This document shows positions 1 to 9,330 of a stretch of DNA of 64,000 nt, in pieces. Where the stretch lies: the NCBI GenBank assembly GCA_040219255.1, contig JAVJSW010000039.1:1-64000 (forward strand), written 5' to 3'. The notes beneath the pieces were generated by a model. It did not search any database and was not told the origin of the DNA. It saw only the letters and a list, made by a program, of their open reading frames with translations. The position numbers and the translations under genes are program-made. Numbering within the stretch: the stretch's first letter is position 1; each line of letters opens with the position of its first letter. Origin of the DNA: Sumerlaeia bacterium (GTDB taxonomy: Bacteria; Sumerlaeota; Sumerlaeia; SLMS01; JAHLLQ01).

Positions 1-213
1 CCGCACGCTGCCCAGGTGATCGGTCACGAAGCGGTAATACGCCCCGCCCTTCACCATCCAGTCCGGCACATGCCCCCGGCCGCCATAGACAAAATACGCG
101 ACGCTGCCGCCCGCGTCCTGCCACGCCACCGGGTTGATGAACTCTTTGTACAGGAAGCGGTCATTGACAACGCCATTTTCTTCGCGGGCCAGGTGGGCGG
201 GAGGGAAAATCAT
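1..213 (-). CDS. RHS repeat-associated core fragment (orphan; runs off the left edge)
   Basis: Not in the ORF track. Manual translation from ATG at 213 gives MIFPPAHLAREENGVVNDRFLYKEFINPVAWQDAGGSVAYFVYGGRGHVPDWMVKGGAYYRFVTDHLGSVR; YRFVTDHLGSVR is the typical RHS core signature. An in-frame stop at 331-333 rules out a long upstream RHS body. Confidence 0.75.
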   Translation of the reverse strand, partial: MIFPPAHLAREENGVVNDRFLYKEFINPVAWQDAGGSVAYFVYGGRGHVPDWMVKGGAYYRFVTDHLGSVR

Positions 214-556
214 CGCTGACGTGCGCGGGTGGGGGGAGGCCGTTTGTGCGGGCAACGACTGAATTCTCCGTTCTTCGTTCGGCCAGGTGGTCGAAGTTGG
301 ATGGTAAGGGACATGGATGGGAGAGCTTGTTCATTCTGGTAGAAAAGAAATTTGGGTAGTAAAGGGCGAATGGAAATGTTATTCGAGGATGATGCGGCTC
401 CGCATTCGATGACACTCCATGGAGAGTGTTCGCGGGGTATTTTTGCAGTTTGCCTTTCGCTGTTGACTTCCGCTTCGTCGTCGGCAACCTTTTTCGATTA
501 TCCTTCGTGTCAGTCATTCTGGCATCGTTCACCCCGATCGACGAAAGCCCACCGAC

Positions 557-3500
557 ATGATCACCAACGCGCAAAACGCCTCCGAGAGGGGGCGTTTGTG
601 TCGTTCCCTTATTGCCGCAACGCTCGCTCTTAGCGTGGCCGGTTTCTGTCAGGGAGCGACATTCACCGCGGGAGTTTTGTCGTTTGACGATTCTCCCGGC
701 GGATCGATCACGGAGACCGGCGGTGGAAATGCCACCATCGCGGGGCCCGTGCTGATCAACGGATTCATTCGGGCCACGGGAGCCATCACGGTTTCGGACG
801 GAACGGTTACGGTTCCCAGTTTCACCATTCCCGCCATGGCGGTGACGCTTTTCCTGGGCTCGTACTCGATCGATGCGGCCAGCGGCGCGTTGACTCCGGC
901 TCCTGGTGCGAGCGCGTTGGTCAGCAACGTTTCGACGTTTCCCTGCGGTGGAACGATTCGCGCGGACGATCTGCTGCTGGACTACCGCTCGTCGCGGCCG
1001 GAATTGGCGAACACGGCGTTTCGCAATATCTCGCTGAGCGCCAACGGGCTGGGGTCCGATGGAGCCCAGTTCTACACGACCGCGAGCGAGTGCGCCGCGC
1101 CGGACGGGGACAGCATGGTCTTCGAGATCGGCTCTGTCAGCTCGACGACCGGCTTCATCGATTACCGGGATCTCCGATCCGCAAGGGCTTCCATAGGTCT
1201 GTTGAAGGTGGGAGGGGCGCGTCTTCTTTCCTCGGGAGTGGTGAATATCTCGGGCTTTAACTTTGGCTTCTATGCCGATACCGACTCGATCGATTTCGCG
1301 CCGCCGACAACTTTCCTGGCCAGCGGGGGGTTCCTGGCCGGTGGCCGGGTCAGCCTGGGGGGAGATGTTTCCGGTCTGGAACTGGACAATTTTATGGTTC
1401 CGACCTCGGGGCCGATCACCGCGACCGGCGGCTACATAATGACCGAGGGAATGGTGAGCAGGTTCTTCGATGTGACGTTCAATGCCTCATCGGTTTCTCT
1501 GGGCACATTGTCAATCTACCCGGGCGGCGACATTGCATCCGCAACGGCAGAGAATTTCCAGATTACGGGAAGTCGAACTAATCCGGTGGTTTCCTCGCCT
1601 GGGGGCAACCTCGACGTCCGAGGCGTTCGTTTCCTCTTTCAGACCGCCACCATGGGCGCCCAAGGGTTCGAGGCCAGCAACGCCACCATCGAGAACACCA
1701 GCAGGTTTGACGAGACCTTCCTCGCCGTCCGCCTGACCAGGTTTGGAATGAGTGCGAGTTCATTGTTTTACTTCGCCACTCTTCCTTATCGCATCAACTC
1801 GGTCACCGCGCGCCAACCCGAGGGCTTGACCTTCAACGGCTTTCTCGACGCTCCGACCAACTTGTTCGGAATCGGTCTTCCCGGCTCCTTCGATGCCTAC
1901 GGAGACCAGGTTCGCCTGACCGAGATTGAATTCTGCTCGAACGGCGACGGCACGCGCATTAAGCGATCCATGTTCGCACTTCCCCAATTCTGCTTCACCT
2001 ACGAACTGGGTCCGCCAGAGGTCATGACGAGCTTTGCGGAAGTCACCATCCCGGGAGTCACGGGGTTCGGCGCGGGCCTGCGCATCTTCGAGGGCATGCT
2101 GGACCGGATCACGGTCAGCCTCCGCAATCTGGAAATCCCCATTGGGACAACGGGTACGAAGCTTCAGGATTTGATCGCGACGGTCGAGAATCTGGCCCGC
2201 GTCGAGCGTGAGTATATCATCACAGAGACGGTCAATTCGCCGGGCAATCCGCCCGTGCTGCAAAGGCGCACGGTGAGGGGTGTGCCACCGGTTCGGTTCA
2301 TCGGCGACGTCAGCATCACGGGCGGACCCCGGATTCTGGGCAAGGCACTGGCGAGAGGGGATGGCGCGGTGATTCTCGACGATACGCAGATGAACGTCGA
2401 CGGTAAGGTCACCGTTGTGATCTTCGAAGTGGGCGGCGCCTACATCCGCGTCGTCTGGTCGGGACAAAGCCGTGGCACGGCCTTTGGCGGGTTCATGGTG
2501 TATTACAGCATTCTGCGCGGCAATATCGATGGATTCATCGGGTTCGATGAAGATTTCTCGGTTTGTGCGGGGCTTGCGCTCCAGGTCCCCGATCAGATTC
2601 CGATCATCGGCGGAATCAAGCTCGGTTCGGCGAACGTCTGCATCGGCGCCCCGCCATTCACCATCGCCGGCACCGTGAAGATCACGATTATTCCACGGAT
2701 CTGTCTCGGCTTTCTCGGATGCACGCCAGAGGTGGCGATCCGCGTCGGATTCAAGATCGATGAGAACGGCGATTTCGAACTCGACCGAAAGGCCCGGGGC
2801 GAGCGGTTCGCCGAGTGGGAAGTTCCCTACTTCCGCGGCTATCCTGTTTACGCCCCATCCACCGACGGCGATCCGAAATCGAAGGGCGAGTTCGTCGGAA
2901 ACATGGTCTTCTTCACCAACTTCCACCAGACGGACAAAGCCTACCGCAGCGAGGGCGCCTTCAAGGCGGGCCCCGCCAAGACGGAAACCACCCAGCTCTT
3001 CGTCAACAGTGGCGCGCCGGTTATCATCCGGCTGACCTATGAAAACGCGGACGGCAACCCGGACTTTTCCCTCATGGCGCCCGACGACCAGGTTTATTCA
3101 AGCGCCTACGGGCTGGCCGACATTCCCGCCGTGCCGGTGGAAGGCCAAGCCGTTCCCAGCGTTGTCTTTGTGGCGAATCCCGCTTCGCGCGACGCCTCCT
3201 TCATGGTCCCCGAACCGCTTGAGGGCATCTACACGGTCGATGTCCTGAACCCGGAAACCCTGGGCCAGTACGCCGTCGAAGTCCTGAGCGAAATCCCGCC
3301 CCCCGTGTTCGAGTTCGGATTCAACTTCTACGCCACCGACTACATCTATGCCGAGTGGACCGACGAAGACCCGGACACCAACGCCAACCGCATTCGCATC
3401 TTTATCGACACCGACAGCGAGGGCGCCAACGGCCTGCTCGTCGGCGAGACCGGCGGCGGCCGTCCCTACGGCAACATTCCCGATTACGAAAACAGAGTGC

Positions 3501-4870
3501 GCGTCGACTCAGCCGACGTGCATCTCGCGGCGGGCTACTATTGGCTCTATGCAATTGTCGAAGATGGATACAACCCGCCGCTGGTGGTTTATGCTCGCTC
3601 CGCGATTTTCATCCCCGACGTCGAGGCCCCGCCGGCCGTGATGAACTTGAATGCCGTCTGCCTCAATGGAACGGCGATCGTCACCTGGGAGCCGGTGGAT
3701 GATCCCACGGTGGTTTCCTACAAAGTCGAGTGGACCGATCGGCCCGAGTCCGGCCTCTACACCTACGGCACCTCGGTGGCCGCGGATCAGTCGGCGGCCT
3801 TCATCGAGGGCCTCAGGGTCGGAGGACGCTACAAGTTCACCGTGACCGCCGTTCGCTACGCCGAGATGTCATCCGCCCGCTCCGCTCAGAAGCGCGAGGT
3901 GCTCGCCAACGCCGTCGAGAAAGCCCTCGCGGCGAAAGACATCGGAACGAACAACCGTCACAAGCGGACCGCATTCGCTTCCACCTTTATCGAGAGTGCG
4001 GCCAAGACCAAGGGCATTCAGTTGACCAAGGCGGAGGCGCTTTCCCTGGCGCAACAGACGGCGGAATTGTCATCGCCCATGATGCGCGAGTTGAACCGGG
4101 CGGCGACACCAGGGGCGAAGGCGGATCCCCCGGGCTTCCTCTCCGACATCAAGCAAACGGTGGAATTCGACTATGCCGACAGCTACCGGGCCCAAAGCGA
4201 TACGCTCATGGTCACGGCAGTCCCGGGTCAGGGTCCGCCTGTTTTTGTGAAAGAGCCTGTGACCAGCGTCTTCGAGGGCGACCTGTATTCCTTCGAGGCA
4301 CTGGCCGAGAGTGCCCGGGGCTCCCAGGTCACGTACTCCAAAGTCTCGGGTCCCGAGGGACTTACCGTGTCCCCCGCCGGACTGGTCAGTTGGCAAACGG
4401 CACCGGGCGACGCCGAGATCTACGAAGTGGAGATTGCGGCCACGGACTCGTCGGGAATCGAGGGGCGTCAATTCTGGCGTGTCTCTGTCAGCCAATTGAG
4501 GCCCAACGCGGGGATTCGGATCCTGCCCCCGCAGAGCCTTGAGGTTGTCCCCGGAGAAACGTTTACCTACCAACCACAGGTCGAGGGCTTATTCCGGGTC
4601 CCGGGGCTTGAGGACCAGGAATTCATCAATTTCCAGGTCATCAGCAGTGTGCTGGGCTTGCGGTTTGACAGCGACACGGGGCTGACCAGTTGGCCGACCA
4701 CGATGGACGACGTTGGCAGCCACCGCATGATCGTGCTCGTCAGCCAGCGCATCGGCGATCAGAGGATCGAGGCCCGGCAGGAAATCGAGGTCAACGTCGA
4801 GAGCGTGTCGGACGTTCCCGTGCGTATCGACGAATTGAACGTTCCGGGGAATTGGTGGCTCTTGCAGTAG
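557..4870 (+). CDS. Large secreted multidomain protein (beta-rich N-terminus, FN3, cadherin/He_PIG-like Ig domains, C-terminal Trp motif)
   Basis: 1437 aa. Signal peptide LIAATLALSVAGFCQG; FN3 pattern VTWEPV..YKVEW..GLRVGGRYKFTVTAV; Ig-like GPEGLTVSPAGLVSW; ends NVPGNWWLLQ. Confidence 0.8.
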   Translation: MITNAQNASERGRLCRSLIAATLALSVAGFCQGATFTAGVLSFDDSPGGSITETGGGNATIAGPVLINGFIRATGAITVSDGTVTVPSFTIPAMAVTLFLGSYSIDAASGALTPAPGASALVSNVSTFPCGGTIRADDLLLDYRSSRPELANTAFRNISLSANGLGSDGAQFYTTASECAAPDGDSMVFEIGSVSSTTGFIDYRDLRSARASIGLLKVGGARLLSSGVVNISGFNFGFYADTDSIDFAPPTTFLASGGFLAGGRVSLGGDVSGLELDNFMVPTSGPITATGGYIMTEGMVSRFFDVTFNASSVSLGTLSIYPGGDIASATAENFQITGSRTNPVVSSPGGNLDVRGVRFLFQTATMGAQGFEASNATIENTSRFDETFLAVRLTRFGMSASSLFYFATLPYRINSVTARQPEGLTFNGFLDAPTNLFGIGLPGSFDAYGDQVRLTEIEFCSNGDGTRIKRSMFALPQFCFTYELGPPEVMTSFAEVTIPGVTGFGAGLRIFEGMLDRITVSLRNLEIPIGTTGTKLQDLIATVENLARVEREYIITETVNSPGNPPVLQRRTVRGVPPVRFIGDVSITGGPRILGKALARGDGAVILDDTQMNVDGKVTVVIFEVGGAYIRVVWSGQSRGTAFGGFMVYYSILRGNIDGFIGFDEDFSVCAGLALQVPDQIPIIGGIKLGSANVCIGAPPFTIAGTVKITIIPRICLGFLGCTPEVAIRVGFKIDENGDFELDRKARGERFAEWEVPYFRGYPVYAPSTDGDPKSKGEFVGNMVFFTNFHQTDKAYRSEGAFKAGPAKTETTQLFVNSGAPVIIRLTYENADGNPDFSLMAPDDQVYSSAYGLADIPAVPVEGQAVPSVVFVANPASRDASFMVPEPLEGIYTVDVLNPETLGQYAVEVLSEIPPPVFEFGFNFYATDYIYAEWTDEDPDTNANRIRIFIDTDSEGANGLLVGETGGGRPYGNIPDYENRVRVDSADVHLAAGYYWLYAIVEDGYNPPLVVYARSAIFIPDVEAPPAVMNLNAVCLNGTAIVTWEPVDDPTVVSYKVEWTDRPESGLYTYGTSVAADQSAAFIEGLRVGGRYKFTVTAVRYAEMSSARSAQKREVLANAVEKALAAKDIGTNNRHKRTAFASTFIESAAKTKGIQLTKAEALSLAQQTAELSSPMMRELNRAATPGAKADPPGFLSDIKQTVEFDYADSYRAQSDTLMVTAVPGQGPPVFVKEPVTSVFEGDLYSFEALAESARGSQVTYSKVSGPEGLTVSPAGLVSWQTAPGDAEIYEVEIAATDSSGIEGRQFWRVSVSQLRPNAGIRILPPQSLEVVPGETFTYQPQVEGLFRVPGLEDQEFINFQVISSVLGLRFDSDTGLTSWPTTMDDVGSHRMIVLVSQRIGDQRIEARQEIEVNVESVSDVPVRIDELNVPGNWWLLQ

Positions 4871-4953
4871 GCTCGCCGCCATCTCATCGGCAAGACGACA
4901 CTCCCATTGGTTGGCGCGGCGTGCGCCGAGCGGCCCCGGAATGACGGGCGCCG

Positions 4954-5994
4954 TTAGCGATCGGCCTCGCCGTCGGCGGGGGTCAGGAGCCAGTTCTGGC
5001 GCTCGATCAGGGCGAGGCCGCGGCTTTTGGCGCGCGAGTCGCCCAGGGCCCAGAAGACGCCCCAGCGCGGCGCGAGGCGCTCGAAGCCTTCCTTCTCCAG
5101 CGCGCCCGCCCAGTCGTCGTTGAGAACGCTGAAGTAGAGCGTGGCCTGCTGCTCAGTCTGGATTTGTTTGAGCGACTGGGCGAGCCGGGCGGCGGATTCG
5201 ATGGGGGCATAGAAATCGACGGCGTGGAGTTCGGCTTCGCCGGAGCGCCCGGTGTCGCGCCGCAGGACGGCGTAGGCGTCGCAGGGGCTCTCCTCCTGGG
5301 CCAGGTAAACCAGGAAATCCTCGGCCGCGGGGCCGCGGAAGAGCCAGTTGCGTTCGGGGCCGGTGCGCTGGCGAAAGATGCGCTTTTCTCGGATCAGCAC
5401 CTGATTCTGGGGCTCGAGGATTTCCGGCAGCGCCTCGGTGAGGGCCATGTCGTAGGGCTGGGCGGGGAGGGCGTCCTCGAGGCGCTGGGTTTTCTTCGCC
5501 AGGAAGCGCTTGGTCTGGCGGGCGGCGCGCTCGGCCACCCGAGCGGGATAGCGGAGCCGATGGAAGTTGCCGGCCCATTGGAAGCGCTCCTGCTGGAGGA
5601 TCCAGGCGAGGGCGATGCCGGGCCCGGCGGAGAGCAGCAGATCGGTGTGCAGCAGGTAGTGATGGAGCAAGGCGGCGATGGCTTCGCGCGACTCCTCGCG
5701 GCTTTCGCGGCCGGGTGTGGCGATCACATCGTGCAGCACATGGGCGCGGAGGTACTCGCCGTCGACATACATCTGGGTCGGGCGGGCGGCGGCGAAGGCT
5801 TCGACGCGGCCGTCCCGGACGGCGACCTGCGGGGTGCTGAGGAAATGGCTGGGGGCCTGGGGGGAATAGGAGCGTTCCCAAAACTCGGGCCGGATCGGAA
5901 CGCGGGCCTCATCGAAGAGGGCTTCGATGGCGGCGTCGTGTTCCTCCGTGGCATCGGCCACCAAAACCGGTCCGCGCGTGGAGGTCGGGGTCAC
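4954..5994 (-). CDS. GNAT-fold (acetyltransferase-like) protein
   Basis: 346 aa. VAVRDGRVEAFAAARP..RAHVLHDVIATP resembles GNAT beta3-beta4; a second degenerate GNAT-like half ends LEKEGF..WLLTPADGE. Confidence 0.55.
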   Translation of the reverse strand: MTPTSTRGPVLVADATEEHDAAIEALFDEARVPIRPEFWERSYSPQAPSHFLSTPQVAVRDGRVEAFAAARPTQMYVDGEYLRAHVLHDVIATPGRESREESREAIAALLHHYLLHTDLLLSAGPGIALAWILQQERFQWAGNFHRLRYPARVAERAARQTKRFLAKKTQRLEDALPAQPYDMALTEALPEILEPQNQVLIREKRIFRQRTGPERNWLFRGPAAEDFLVYLAQEESPCDAYAVLRRDTGRSGEAELHAVDFYAPIESAARLAQSLKQIQTEQQATLYFSVLNDDWAGALEKEGFERLAPRWGVFWALGDSRAKSRGLALIERQNWLLTPADGEADR

Positions 5995-6003
5995 GCTCTC
6001 ACC

Positions 6004-6462
6004 TTAGCGGCTCTGGACGAGCGTCTCTTGCTTCGTGACGGAGTAGACGGCAAGGCCCTTGCGGGTGCGGATCAGGAAGGAGGATTTGTCGTCGAGGACG
6101 AGGATTTCGCGGATCGGGTCCTCCAGGTTGATCGTGCCCATGCGCACGTTGCGCGCCGAGGCGCCATCGACGTTGAGCCGGTAGACGTCGATGCGCTTGT
6201 CGGATTCGAGGAGGTAGACGTTGTCTTCGCCGAGGAGGATGACCTCCTTGATCGCCAGGTTCTCATCGGTGATGATCAGTTCATCGACGAGCTTGAGATC
6301 GTAAGAGGTGGTGGTGACGCCGGAGTCGTCGCCGCGCTGAGCCTCCGCCCCCGAAGCCAACAGGTGCAGGGAAGCCAGCAGGGCCGCCAGCGCAACGCAT
6401 CCCCCAAGCAGCGCCCGGGCGGAAGTCAGATGACGGAAGGGAGCGGAAGAAGACCGATTCAT
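6004..6462 (-). CDS. Secreted hypothetical protein
   Basis: Signal peptide ALLGGCVALAALLASLHLLASGAEA followed by a beta-rich body; start taken at ATG 6462; lies 10 bp upstream of the GNAT gene. Confidence 0.65.
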   Translation of the reverse strand: MNRSSSAPFRHLTSARALLGGCVALAALLASLHLLASGAEAQRGDDSGVTTTSYDLKLVDELIITDENLAIKEVILLGEDNVYLLESDKRIDVYRLNVDGASARNVRMGTINLEDPIREILVLDDKSSFLIRTRKGLAVYSVTKQETLVQSR

Positions 6463-6618
6463 GGCGAAAGTCGGGGACCTCGGGATCGAATTACCGAGCA
6501 GGCACTCGGGCATGCAAGTTGATCCCCAAGGTGGGAACGGGCGCGGGAGGTGTCAACGAGGTTGTCGGTGAAGGGCCATCTCAAGATCAGGGGTACGGAG
6601 CAACTCCCAAACAAAGCG

Positions 6619-7902
6619 CTAATCTTCAATCCAGCCGAGCCCGTGATTCTTTATCTGGTTCTCGATGACTAGGGCGGAGACTTCGAACTCTCCGGCCAGT
6701 TCGTCCACGTTATCGCGGTAAATGACCCGGCCGGGCAGCCGCCTGCCGATTTCCTCCGCCGGAGCGAGGAACTCCGCCGCGAAGGCCCGGCTGAGTTTTT
6801 GCCGATCCGTTCTTTCTTTCGTCACGAGTGTCGAGCGGGACTCGGCGAGCCGCAAACTCTCGCACAAGATCCGGGCGAGCGCGAACTTCGCGGTTTCCGG
6901 GCGTCTTGTCAGGAGAACCGATGAGACGGCGGAGCCGACTGCTGAGCAGTTTCGGGAAACCAAGCCATCGATCCGAGGAATAGCGTCCAACAGCCCAAGT
7001 TCCTCAGGATTCACGAACTCCCTCAGAAGAGCCTCGGAAACGGCCGCTCCTTCCAAGTTTAGTTGCGAGCGCACACACTTGGCCAGTTCATAACCCCGCT
7101 CCCAAGCTAAGGGCGACGCTTCCAACCCGTTGAGCCGCAACCGCAGCTTTTCAAGACTGCTGTTCTCATTGCGCCCGATTTCTATCGTTTTCATCGCCGA
7201 AGCGATCGCCTCGGCTTTTTCGATGAGCCCATGAGTATCCGCCGCGGGAAAAAACTCCTCCAGCAATTCGGGTCCCACTAAGGACGCGGCCTTCAGAATC
7301 TGGTCTTCCAGTTCCTCCTCCATGGAGAAGGGCTCCAATCCGAGCGCCGCGGCCGCTTGACAGAAGATGCGTTCTTCGTCTTCGAGTTCAAGGATAGCCT
7401 TCCACTCCGCCTGAAGCGGGGAATTGCGAATTCCTTTCTCTTCCAGCCGGCCCACGACCCGATTCAGGAAGTTGCTCAGTTCCAGCTCCACCCGGTCGCG
7501 GGGAACGACAGACTCGCCGTGTGCAAGAAAATCCACCCGAGCCGCATCATGATGGTAGGGAAACCAAGCCAGACGCACCGACTCACCCTCGGGAACGAAC
7601 CGCAGCTTGGGCAGGGCGAAGCCCTCGGCGCCAAATCGAAGATCCTGTTTTCGCTCCGCCGTGCGGGACGTGCCGTAAAGCAAGTGAAACCAATTGAAGG
7701 CAACCCACTCCGCCAGGGGATAGAGCGGGCCGTAAACCTGATTCTTGACGGTGTTGAAGTCGTGATCGTAGTAACGTGAAACGACCGACTCTTCGCCTTC
7801 ATGACCGGCTTCGATGCGTAACGACGCCCAGGTGGCACTGAGTTCAGAACCCTTCGCCCTCTTCGGGTCTTCCCATTCTGTATGGATCGAGAATCGAGTC
7901 AC
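6619..7902 (-). CDS. ImmA/IrrE (DUF955)-like protein lacking canonical HExxH
   Basis: C-terminal QKLSRAFAAEFLAP...LAGEFEVSALVIENQI matches the IrrE/ImmA tail; KFALARILCE occupies the HExxH position. GTG at 7902 overlaps the upstream stop (GTGA). Confidence 0.65.
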   Translation of the reverse strand: MTRFSIHTEWEDPKRAKGSELSATWASLRIEAGHEGEESVVSRYYDHDFNTVKNQVYGPLYPLAEWVAFNWFHLLYGTSRTAERKQDLRFGAEGFALPKLRFVPEGESVRLAWFPYHHDAARVDFLAHGESVVPRDRVELELSNFLNRVVGRLEEKGIRNSPLQAEWKAILELEDEERIFCQAAAALGLEPFSMEEELEDQILKAASLVGPELLEEFFPAADTHGLIEKAEAIASAMKTIEIGRNENSSLEKLRLRLNGLEASPLAWERGYELAKCVRSQLNLEGAAVSEALLREFVNPEELGLLDAIPRIDGLVSRNCSAVGSAVSSVLLTRRPETAKFALARILCESLRLAESRSTLVTKERTDRQKLSRAFAAEFLAPAEEIGRRLPGRVIYRDNVDELAGEFEVSALVIENQIKNHGLGWIED

Positions 7903-8291
7903 TTCAGTTCCTCGGGCGCTTCGAATTCTTCCAACGGCCAACCCTTGTATCCGCCATTCCCCCGGTTCACAAGACGTGCTTCGTAAAAGATCCCGGATTT
8001 CTTGAGCCAGACGTTCCGGGGGAAATCGTCGTCCCAGACTTGGCCGATCTGTCCGTTTGCCACGGCTTCCCTCAACCAAGCTGTCAAGAGGTCCTGCTTA
8101 TTCGCGAAGCTCGGATCGCACAAGGACGCTGTTGCCCGGGGAGCGGGCGGTCCCGCAAAGGACGGATGCCGTTTGTGCTCCGGGCTGCCATGGTAGTGGA
8201 CTTTCTCGGCCAACTCCTTCAGCGCCTCCTCGTCAAGCTTGGGAGACATAAAGACGCGCGCCAGGGGTCTCTTTCGCTTCGGCGCCTTCAT
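7899..8291 (-). CDS. Small hypothetical protein, putative RNase-type toxin
   Basis: 130 aa with YHGSPEHK, FPRNVW and YEARLVNRGNGGYKGWPL motifs; its stop overlaps the start of the IrrE-like gene. The toxin role is an inference. Confidence 0.6.
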   Translation of the reverse strand: MKAPKRKRPLARVFMSPKLDEEALKELAEKVHYHGSPEHKRHPSFAGPPAPRATASLCDPSFANKQDLLTAWLREAVANGQIGQVWDDDFPRNVWLKKSGIFYEARLVNRGNGGYKGWPLEEFEAPEELK

Positions 8292-8388
8292 GCTCGATCA
8301 TGCTCCTGTCTTGGGCGTGGGATACGTGACTTCGTCGGTTTCATGTCACACCGAGCCGATGGAATCGTCAAACGGTATCGCCGATCCC

Positions 8389-9330
8389 TCACCGCCCACC
8401 CACCCCCGGCAAATCCGGCAGCAACCGGTGCAGTTCCGCATCGTGGCGCGGCGCCGGGCCGGAGCGGCGGAACATGGGCCGCACCGCCAGGTCCAACGCG
8501 GCTCCCGCGGTGGAATGCGCCTTCATGCCCTTTGTCGTCCAGGCGCGGCGGTGGATCGCGTCCGGGCCACGGCGGCGGATGACTTGGCCAATGGCCGCGT
8601 AGGTCCGCCCCGCCGTCAGCACCGCCGCCCGGCACCACAGCGGCAGGTAGCGCATCCCCTGCTCGGCGCTGGCGTAGTAATCCCCTGCCAGGTCGAGCAA
8701 GTCCTGCAAGCCCGCGAACACCGCCGCCTGGACGCACGTGTCGTCGCGGCGAACGGCGGCTTCGATGGTTTCCGGCGCCACCCGCGTGGCCGGGATGTAG
8801 ATGCGGCCCCGTTCGTAATCCTCCGCCACATCGCGGCAGATGTTCGTGATCTGCATCCCGATGCCCAGGTCCACCGCGAAGGGGCGCGCCTCAGGTTCGG
8901 GAACGCCGGCGACGTCGCAGATCATCAGGCCCACCGTGCTGGCGACGCGGTAGCAGTAAAGCAGCAGCTCGGCATCGTCCGCGACGCGCACGGTTCCGAG
9001 ATCGGACTCGCAGCCGAGGACCAGCTCGCGCGGCAGGCGCGGGTCGATGGAACGCGCACCGGCCAATTCCAGAAACGCCGCCACAAGCGGTTGTTCGCTC
9101 ACCCCCGCGTCCAGATCCGCCCGCAGCCCGGCCAGCGCTTCGCGCGCCTCGGCCTCCGATTCCGCCTCGTCCACCAGGTCGTCCACGTACCGGCAGAACG
9201 CGTACAGCACGGCGAAGTCGCGCCGCCGATCGCGCGGGATCAGCCGCGCCGCCCAGTTGAAGGTCTTGCTGTGGTGGGCCAGGACCGCCTCGGCCGAGGC
9301 GCTGCCATCGAGTGCCGGGGCGGTCCTCAT
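8389..9330 (-). CDS. crtB: Phytoene/squalene synthase
   Basis: HSKTFNWA, LYAFCRYVDDLVD, YCYRVASTVG, QITNICRDVAED..GRIYIP; ATG 9330 overlaps the crtI stop (ATGA). Confidence 0.92.
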   Translation of the reverse strand: MRTAPALDGSASAEAVLAHHSKTFNWAARLIPRDRRRDFAVLYAFCRYVDDLVDEAESEAEAREALAGLRADLDAGVSEQPLVAAFLELAGARSIDPRLPRELVLGCESDLGTVRVADDAELLLYCYRVASTVGLMICDVAGVPEPEARPFAVDLGIGMQITNICRDVAEDYERGRIYIPATRVAPETIEAAVRRDDTCVQAAVFAGLQDLLDLAGDYYASAEQGMRYLPLWCRAAVLTAGRTYAAIGQVIRRRGPDAIHRRAWTTKGMKAHSTAGAALDLAVRPMFRRSGPAPRHDAELHRLLPDLPGVGGR

